Positions 57,531-64,000 of a DNA stretch of 64,000 nt are shown here, piece after piece. Made by a program: the position numbers and the translations under genes. Location: positions 27,711-91,710 of the IMG/VR virus record IMGVR_UViG_3300036766_000686. One strand, given 5' to 3'. This stretch comes from a virus. The notes beneath the pieces are model-generated. The model was not told the DNA's origin and did no database searches. It saw only the letters and a program-made list of their open reading frames with translations. Numbering within the stretch: the first letter of the stretch is position 1; every line of letters starts with the position of its first letter.

Positions 57531-60500
57531 AGCACCCTCAATTTCGACAGTGCGTCCTGTAACGCTACCTTTTGCTCCCTCGTAAGCTCAGCATTTCCCG
57601 GCAACAACTCGATAAACATTCTAGGCGCATTGTAGTGGGACGCGATGGTTGAGGCAGCGCTGGTACTCATCAGGTGGGAGGCTCGCTCGATTTCGGTCCA
57701 CGCTCGTTCCTTGGCCCACCCCGTCGCCTTCGTGACCGAATTAACTAGATCGTCGATTACCTGACCGTAGGAACGTGACATTGTAAAAATAGATTCCCCG
57801 GCAGGGAACTTGTGCCCAGTAATATCGACAAGAATTTTCCGAGCCGTGATCTCCGTGGATGCCTCACACAACGCCTTTCCTTCGAAATTGTAAGCGCTGG
57901 AAAGGAGACGATTGGAACCGTGGACGGACTCGTGAATGAAGGTAAAAAAGCCCCCATCCCTCATTGTCCCGTTACTTGTTGCTCCTATGCTCGCGGACAT
58001 ATCATCAAAGCGCTTGCCCCTGAGCGTGATCCCCTCGAACCCGTCTCGCCATCCGTTATATTTTCGCGTCCGAGCGTTCCTCTCTATCAAGTCCCTCCGC
58101 GCACCTCCAGTGCGGCTAGGCTCTAAAGACAAACCCCACTGTTTCTCAAAAAAGTCCTCCGTGTTTCGACGAAACTGCGGGAAATCAAACTTGCTAATTT
58201 TTTTCTTCTTATTGCTCGCAAGCGTTTGGTCCCACAGCGTCTTAAACTTCTTGACCTCTTGTTGCAAAACTTCAGGAGCAGCAGGAGTAGGCAAAAGGGG
58301 AATCGGACGCGGAGGAATATAGTTCGACAAGGGTGCGGCGGGGATTACAGCAACAGGCGCCTCAACAGGGACGGCGGCGGGTGCTTCAATAGGTAAAGCC
58401 ACAGGAGGTTCGATTGGGATGGAAACGGGGGGAGCGATCGGGGGTGCTGGAGGGGGGGCAACCGGAGGACGAGGGGCGACAACTGGAGTGCCGGGGATCC
58501 TCGATACCACATCAATGCTACAACGACAGTTATGTACCGCAAATAGTTGTTCACCAACTAAGAAACTCTCATCCTCTTCGACGGTAAGATTCCAGACCAC
58601 TCTATGACTGGAAAATCTTTGAATAAACCCAATAGGAACAAACCCAATTTCTGAAAATGAGAAGGGGTCACATAGATTAAGTGTTCTGGAAATAGCTCTT
58701 GTATAAGATGATCCCTCGGTTTGAACCATCCTTTGACCTCTATCCAAATTTTCCGTCTCGGCAAAAAGAAATCCGGAAGGTATGTTAAGTCCGGGGTCAA
58801 ATAGAAACGTTGGCACTCGTAAAGAAAAGGTTCCTGCAAGGTTAATAATTCTTTGGCTAACTTGTCTTCCCAAGTGCTTCGCAATCTTAACGTACCTTGC
58901 CAAGGTGTCTCCAACGTAGACCAACGCCCGTGCCCAGGCTTTTTGCCAAACATGGGATTTTTTGCACCGGAAAATTGTCCCTTCCTCGCCCCACCTCTGG
59001 GACCACAACCCAATCTCTTCCATCGTTTCGTTCGACAGCCCAGCGAACACGTAAAAATATTTTCTGAATGACACGGAGTCCGCCAAAACTTTTTTCCACA
59101 TTCGGAACAAGCAACGTATTCCCCTTTTATATGGGATATTCTCTTGCACTCGCTGGAACAATAGTGAAACCGATCCTTCTGAAAAGAAGGAATCAAAACT
59201 ATTTTCCCACATTGAGCGCAACGCGCTTGAACCTTCGCGGAGGCAGGCCCCCTCATGGAGCCAGCGCGCGCCCGATTCGCCAACATATATTCGCGAGAAC
59301 AAGACTTCTTCGTTCCGATTCGCGACGGCATTACCATAATGATCTTGCCGCAATTCGCGCAATGGGATGTTACACGGGTTAACTTTTCCAACGAGATCGT
59401 CCTCGATGACTGCACTAAAGATATTACACCCGTCACGGCGAATCAAATAAGGATGGTCCGCTGTCGAAATTATCCCCTCGATGTTTATGAAATCCCCAAG
59501 AAAATCCCTGGACATCACGTTAGAAACTTTTTTCCAACGCAACTTGTGAGTTAAAACCTCGTCTCCAACGCGGATGCTACTTATAGGAATCAAACCTCGA
59601 CGGGACAAGACAGGGGTAGACCCGATAAAACAGTTTAGGTGGAAGGGGGGCAACGCGTTCCCATTCTCTTCCAACTTGCTTGTCAAAGAAGGACCCATCG
59701 GTCCTCGCGCTCCCCCGACAAGCGACAGCGTATCGGATATTGATAGGAAGGGTTGTATTGTCCGTATGCTGGTAGGGTTTTTCGCGCCCAGTATTCGGTT
59801 CGCCAAAGCGCTTCCATCTGCGACCTTGAACCGCTTCCCGTCCAATATCTCGCACCTATCACAGGTCCGTTGGTCTTTCGGATTGACGATTCGATACTCC
59901 GTATACCCTGCGCGCCGCATGACGTTCACACTCGAAATCGCCCGAGACGTCGTTGCGGCGTTGCTCACAAGCCCTTCGAAGTATCGAGCTTGTGTCCCGT
60001 TAAATCCCTTCGGTACGGTGACTTGTGATAGCGTTCGCCCCACCAAGCGCTCCAGCGCCCGCCCCGCCACTTCGTTTGACCTACCTTGCTCCATCACAAA
60101 CTTTTTCGTGGTGGAGGCGATAGCGTTGCCCACGTTTGCCGAGTAATGCTCTCCGATCCAATAAGTTTGATGCTTACCCAAGACGTTCATCGCCGCCTTG
60201 TCTTGCAACCCAAAACCCACACGCAAATTAGGAGGGGGCTCGGCTTTCGTGACCGTCCCCGTGTCCCACTCGCCTATCGGGTACTCAATGGGAGCCTTCA
60301 TCTTGCCCGATATGCGAGCCTGCATTACCTCGAAGGACAGTTTGTAGATCGCCCGCATATCCCTAGTAAATCGTTCCTCGACGATTCCCGCCCACTGTTC
60401 CATCGTCTTTCCTATGCCATTGGAAATCGTCTCCGCGTCCTTATCCGTAAGATCGCCCTTCATCGCCATGAAGCGTTCCCGCGCTTCCCTCGCTGCCTTT

Positions 60501-60658
60501 TTCGCAAGCTGTTCCCACTGAGCCAGCAGGTACTCGCGGAGTTTCGTCTCAATACGAGCGGACTGGGCTAACGCATCCACGCCAATCGACTTAGCGACAA
60601 GATCGTCCAGCAGCCTTACCCCATCGTAGAGGGCATCAATTGTGAGCGTGTCCCGCAT
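57527..60658 (-). CDS. Head morphogenesis protein (SPP1 gp7/Mu gpF) with intein and C-terminal HExxH domain
   Basis: DQRTCDRCEILDG, PPFHLN|intein|CRC; follows portal; Pro-rich linker then FIHESVH..E. Confidence 0.88.
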   Translation of the reverse strand: MRDTLTIDALYDGVRLLDDLVAKSIGVDALAQSARIETKLREYLLAQWEQLAKKAAREARERFMAMKGDLTDKDAETISNGIGKTMEQWAGIVEERFTRDMRAIYKLSFEVMQARISGKMKAPIEYPIGEWDTGTVTKAEPPPNLRVGFGLQDKAAMNVLGKHQTYWIGEHYSANVGNAIASTTKKFVMEQGRSNEVAGRALERLVGRTLSQVTVPKGFNGTQARYFEGLVSNAATTSRAISSVNVMRRAGYTEYRIVNPKDQRTCDRCEILDGKRFKVADGSALANRILGAKNPTSIRTIQPFLSISDTLSLVGGARGPMGPSLTSKLEENGNALPPFHLNCFIGSTPVLSRRGLIPISSIRVGDEVLTHKLRWKKVSNVMSRDFLGDFINIEGIISTADHPYLIRRDGCNIFSAVIEDDLVGKVNPCNIPLRELRQDHYGNAVANRNEEVLFSRIYVGESGARWLHEGACLREGSSALRSMWENSFDSFFSEGSVSLLFQRVQENIPYKRGIRCLFRMWKKVLADSVSFRKYFYVFAGLSNETMEEIGLWSQRWGEEGTIFRCKKSHVWQKAWARALVYVGDTLARYVKIAKHLGRQVSQRIINLAGTFSLRVPTFLFDPGLNIPSGFLFAETENLDRGQRMVQTEGSSYTRAISRTLNLCDPFSFSEIGFVPIGFIQRFSSHRVVWNLTVEEDESFLVGEQLFAVHNCRCSIDVVSRIPGTPVVAPRPPVAPPPAPPIAPPVSIPIEPPVALPIEAPAAVPVEAPVAVIPAAPLSNYIPPRPIPLLPTPAAPEVLQQEVKKFKTLWDQTLASNKKKKISKFDFPQFRRNTEDFFEKQWGLSLEPSRTGGARRDLIERNARTRKYNGWRDGFEGITLRGKRFDDMSASIGATSNGTMRDGGFFTFIHESVHGSNRLLSSAYNFEGKALCEASTEITARKILVDITGHKFPAGESIFTMSRSYGQVIDDLVNSVTKATGWAKERAWTEIERASHLMSTSAASTIASHYNAPRMFIELLPGNAELTREQKVALQDALSKLRVL
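58529..59632 (-). mobile_element. Intein in MuF (368 aa), no in-frame endonuclease
   Basis: Starts CFIGSTPV..IPISSIRVGDEVLTH; block B STADHP; ends VVWNLTVEEDESFLV..AVHN followed by Cys+1; removal restores PPFHLN-CRC. Confidence 0.92.
58558..59436 (-). CDS. PD-(D/E)XK endonuclease with three zinc-finger repeats and NUMOD3-like motif, nested in the +1 frame of the MuF intein
   Basis: CxxCGK..CS..C x3; GAKNPMFGKK; RSTWE..YE..YLPDF..WIEVKG; alternative start TTG 59391 with GAGGA 8 nt upstream. Confidence 0.85.
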   Translation of the reverse strand: MTGVISLVQSSRTISLEKLTRVTSHCANCGKIIMVMPSRIGTKKSCSREYMLANRARAGSMRGPASAKVQARCAQCGKIVLIPSFQKDRFHYCSSECKRISHIKGEYVACSECGKKFWRTPCHSENIFTCSLGCRTKRWKRLGCGPRGGARKGQFSGAKNPMFGKKPGHGRWSTLETPWQGTLRLRSTWEDKLAKELLTLQEPFLYECQRFYLTPDLTYLPDFFLPRRKIWIEVKGWFKPRDHLIQELFPEHLIYVTPSHFQKLGLFLLGLFKDFPVIEWSGILPSKRMRVS

Positions 60659-62384
60659 CGTTGTCGGCGCCCTCAGTGTGCTCCCCGTCTACCTCTCGAT
60701 TCCAATCTTCCTCAAGTTGCAATCGCAACGCCTGCAACCCTTTGACGATCTGCGCCGCCGCACTGTCGCCCCCGAGTATCATCCCCGCCGCCTTCAACGC
60801 GGTCACGGTCTGTCCGGGCTGTGTTGTGTCGCCTAGATTTTTAACCGCCTCTGCCATCGTGAGACTGAATGGAATGTCTGGGTCGAACCCCTCCTTGAAC
60901 GGGGGCAATTCGTCCCCGAGAATTTGCTCCAGCACTTGTCGAGCAATACGCGGGGTCATTCCACCTGTGCGCTCCGACCCACTTAGTATGCTTACCAGTT
61001 CCGCGTTGTCTGTCGTGTTCGGGCTGTTGGACTTGAATTGATGGTACAAGGCTTGCAGGTGCGGAAAGAGAATACGATTAATAAAATCGTCGAACTCATC
61101 CCGCGCGGGGGCAAATACCTGCTCATCCGCGAGCCTTCTTGCCGTGTCCGCAACGTTACGCGAATAGTCGCTGGAGCGTCCAAGAAAAATGGGCGGGATA
61201 CGAAACGCCACGCGCACCTTCACTTGGTTCGCCTCACTGTACTTCTGGAAAAGGGCGTCGCTTTGTTGCGCGGCGGAAAGAGGTTGCGCTTGAATCTTCG
61301 CCGTCCCCATCTCCTCGCCTTCCATTCCCAACGGCTCGGCTTCGATTACTAGGACTTTACTTCGGTTATCGTCTCCCTGTAATCGTTCGAACATTTCCTT
61401 AATCCGATCGATTGAATCGGGGGTCAAGGAACCATTGCTGACCATCACCAACAAGGAAGGAACGTTGTTATTGTTGAAGGTGACGTAATTGACCTCGCTC
61501 GCCTTGCGATCCCCGAACATATCCACGAGGCACCCCACGTAACGAGGCATCCCGTAAGGCGACCTCGACGAATAGAGCTTCCAGTGGATCACTTCGTTGG
61601 CTTGTTTCGCAGGAGAGCAGGTAACGATCTGTCCCGCGGGAACTTCTTGCCCCGTCTCGTTGTCATAAACGCGCGGATCCCCGAACTCCTTAAACCAACG
61701 TTTTTTGTAACCTCCCGATACCGCTCCCGACCTGATCGCAAGATTGCGCTGGACGAACTTGCGGAAACGAATCATGCACGGTTTCGCCACGATCGTGAGC
61801 GACCCGTCCGGCTGTATCACGTATTGAGGAACGTTGACACGGTAAGGGTCGGATTCGGTCGGGGTAATACGAACTTGGTAAGACTTCATGTGGGAGAAAT
61901 AAACGATCTCCCCCTTCCCGTTGCGCACCACTTCCCAATACGCGTTCCCCGTCGCCTCCAGGTCGTGTCGAGTTTTTACCCTAAGCGTTCGAAACGAATC
62001 CGAGGGGCCGCCCCCGTAGAGGAAAAAGTTTGTAAGGCGTATCTTCTCCGCTTTTACTTTTGCTATCAGGTCTTGACCCACTTCGGGTAGATGGAGATTG
62101 ATGCGATTAACTAAACGATGCCCGAACCCGTCAATATTCTGTGCCATCGTGTCGATACAAGGTTCAAGCTCGGTGGAGTTCTCGGGCATCGTTGCGAGGG
62201 CGAATTGATCAAAGGGCGGTTCGATCAACAACCCCTCTCGAATCATCGCGGTAAAGGGGTCGTCCTCTGCGACCTGCTTTGAGGTTCCGGGATCAAGTTC
62301 GGGAGCAGGAGGCACGGAAGGGTCAATCGGAAAGAGCTTTGCCACTATTCGTTGTGATCTTTTTCTGTCGCTATTGAGTCCCAT
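60636..62384 (-). CDS. Portal protein (PBSX-like)
   Basis: DLEATGNAYWEVVR, NEVIH, YGMP, FNNNNVP, FRIPPIFLG. Confidence 0.92.
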   Translation of the reverse strand: MGLNSDRKRSQRIVAKLFPIDPSVPPAPELDPGTSKQVAEDDPFTAMIREGLLIEPPFDQFALATMPENSTELEPCIDTMAQNIDGFGHRLVNRINLHLPEVGQDLIAKVKAEKIRLTNFFLYGGGPSDSFRTLRVKTRHDLEATGNAYWEVVRNGKGEIVYFSHMKSYQVRITPTESDPYRVNVPQYVIQPDGSLTIVAKPCMIRFRKFVQRNLAIRSGAVSGGYKKRWFKEFGDPRVYDNETGQEVPAGQIVTCSPAKQANEVIHWKLYSSRSPYGMPRYVGCLVDMFGDRKASEVNYVTFNNNNVPSLLVMVSNGSLTPDSIDRIKEMFERLQGDDNRSKVLVIEAEPLGMEGEEMGTAKIQAQPLSAAQQSDALFQKYSEANQVKVRVAFRIPPIFLGRSSDYSRNVADTARRLADEQVFAPARDEFDDFINRILFPHLQALYHQFKSNSPNTTDNAELVSILSGSERTGGMTPRIARQVLEQILGDELPPFKEGFDPDIPFSLTMAEAVKNLGDTTQPGQTVTALKAAGMILGGDSAAAQIVKGLQALRLQLEEDWNREVDGEHTEGADNDAGHAHN

Positions 62385-62392
62385 TTTTCCTC

Positions 62393-64000
62393 CTACAACA
62401 ACCCGAAGCTCGGACGTTCTCTACGCGGACGACGGATCCCGCGCTTCGCCGCTCGCAACGCGTGGTCAAGGCTATCGAACATATCCCCAGTAAACCGACC
62501 GTCTGGGAAGCGCACTAGGTGGTCAATTGCTCGCATCTGGACGGCACGCTTGAAAAATACCCGCTTGTTTTCAAACAACGGAGCGATCTTCCATGCCCTC
62601 AAGAGTTTGTCCTGAGAGGTCGGGATTTTTTCTACGACCATGCCCGGGCGCAACTCTCGAACTAAGTCTGCCAACAACTCTTGGTACTGGACTGTTTCAA
62701 TGCCCACGCGCAACGGAGTCCAGCGGTCGTAAAACTCTAGGACTTTTTCGGGCTGCTTGGTCGCCTTCAAGTGGTCAAGGTAAAAGTCCACAAGATAAAC
62801 TCTATAATCATCCTTCAAGATCGACCCGAGCAACCCGATCACGGAAATCGAAAACATCGAATGGCGCTCCTCGGCTTGCGCCGCTAAGTCCACGCCCATG
62901 TATAAGCGCAACTCTGCGTCCTTCGGGAAATCCGCTTCCCCTATCTGCTGGCAATCGTCGTAGGCAAATACCTCGCCCTTCATCGCCTCGGTATCACACT
63001 GGTATTGGGAGTTTCCAGAAATAAGCACGCGCCCATTACGTCGCGTTATCAAGGTTTCATTAGGAACGGAAAAACAAACAATTTTGCCGTCGTAATCTAC
63101 CTCTTGGGTTCGTTCAGGAAGATAGGTCAGCACCTCAGCATAATGCCCATAGGAGTCATAACTAGGGTTCCACATTGGGTTAGAAAAAGTATCGCATCGG
63201 CTGGACAAAACGATACCAACCCTCAAACATAAATCATGTAAATCGTCATTAAGTTGTTTTGATATTGTCGAATACCAAAACGAGCCCTCACTTCCCGCCG
63301 GGTTACGACTGCCATCCCCTGATACCAGCGTATCCAAAAATTCTTCAATCTCAATCGAAGGTAAACAAAAAACTATTCTAGGAACTTTCTTTTCTTTGCT
63401 ACACGTTCCACAGTTCCGACGCAACCACGACCAAAATCCCATGTGAGCAAACCCAAAATGGACATACGGAGAATGATTCCTGTTAACCCACGGCTCGATT
63501 CCTAGTTGCCGAATCGTTTCGATCATATCATCGGCAATAGCGCCCTCCTTCTGAGAGAAAGTCACCGTCCCTCGCACAGGGAAAGTGGTATGTCCTTCCG
63601 AAACAAAGTACCCCAAGAATCTTACGAAAGGTCGAATCTTCAACTTAAGGTCCCCTACGTGCACTGTCTTAGGTAGCTTGCGATTCGAATAGCACCGAGG
63701 GGAATCTTTTATACAAAGGTATTCACGACGTTTTCCTCGCCAAATCGTGGTCGCGGGAAACTGAACCCTTCCGGTACGTGTGCTCTTTGCCTTATCGAGT
63801 TTATTCGCAGTCACGAATTTCCAAGTATCTTGACGCTCATCACCGCCACGTAACGCTCGGGTAAGAAAGCGATGATCCACGGTGACTAAAGCATCAACGC
63901 TCCTGCTCTTAAGGTGAAGCATAGACCCACGGTAGCGTTTTATTAATCGACATAAAGGACGCTGAAATTCCAACACCCATTTTTTTTGATTGAAGGTCGC
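62393..64000 (-). CDS. Terminase large subunit (5' end outside window), intein-containing
   Basis: Nuclease domain YMGVDLA, IGIE-like VGIETVQYQ, DKLLRA, FP..DMFDS; frame open to window edge. Confidence 0.88.
   Translation of the reverse strand, partial: ATFNQKKWVLEFQRPLCRLIKRYRGSMLHLKSRSVDALVTVDHRFLTRALRGGDERQDTWKFVTANKLDKAKSTRTGRVQFPATTIWRGKRREYLCIKDSPRCYSNRKLPKTVHVGDLKLKIRPFVRFLGYFVSEGHTTFPVRGTVTFSQKEGAIADDMIETIRQLGIEPWVNRNHSPYVHFGFAHMGFWSWLRRNCGTCSKEKKVPRIVFCLPSIEIEEFLDTLVSGDGSRNPAGSEGSFWYSTISKQLNDDLHDLCLRVGIVLSSRCDTFSNPMWNPSYDSYGHYAEVLTYLPERTQEVDYDGKIVCFSVPNETLITRRNGRVLISGNSQYQCDTEAMKGEVFAYDDCQQIGEADFPKDAELRLYMGVDLAAQAEERHSMFSISVIGLLGSILKDDYRVYLVDFYLDHLKATKQPEKVLEFYDRWTPLRVGIETVQYQELLADLVRELRPGMVVEKIPTSQDKLLRAWKIAPLFENKRVFFKRAVQMRAIDHLVRFPDGRFTGDMFDSLDHALRAAKRGIRRPRRERPSFGLL
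63011..64000 (-). mobile_element. Intein in terminase with in-frame LAGLIDADG endonuclease (N-terminus outside window)
   Basis: Block B VTVDHR; FLGYFVSEG and LVSGDG; ends IVCFSVPN..LISGN|SQYQ. Confidence 0.88.

Noticed and set aside
217-63232. The many plus-strand ORFs in the track (e.g. 44437-45273, 45701-46462, 15369-16088)
   Set aside because: They are antisense shadows of well-supported minus-strand genes and have no recognisable motifs.
1-64000. Host assignment
   Set aside because: The lipoprotein near the endolysin hints at a diderm host, but nothing in the sequence identifies it.

Overview
A 64-kb segment of a large tailed (myovirus-type) phage genome, with essentially every real gene on the minus strand. 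Reading in transcription direction (right to left): terminase (partial, intein), portal, MuF head morphogenesis protein (intein), an ASCH + nucleotidyltransferase protein, and a 7-deazaguanine-type cassette (queD, queE, folE, PIG-L/QueD-like fusion, MTase-like, GT4). Next come a 1735-aa polyprotein (TGT/DpdA-like + intein-containing ATP-dependent ligase + LigD-phosphoesterase-like + XkdF-type prohead protease), scaffold, major capsid, neck, contractile tail, baseplate, fibres and lysis genes. The left end holds an HNH gene running through a tRNA-Met, then a replication/recombination block (SF2 helicase, initiator with iteron-like repeats, DnaE with intein, UvsY-like, SSB, RecA, SbcD-like). The most striking observation concerns two of the four inteins (DnaE and MuF). 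They have no endonuclease in their own frame; each instead contains a complete PD-(D/E)XK-type endonuclease gene nested in the +1 frame, while the intein frame stays stop-free across it. Also notable are the modification/repair/protease polyprotein and a protein whose N-terminus copies that of the major capsid protein. All assignments come from motif recognition by eye; no database searches were run.
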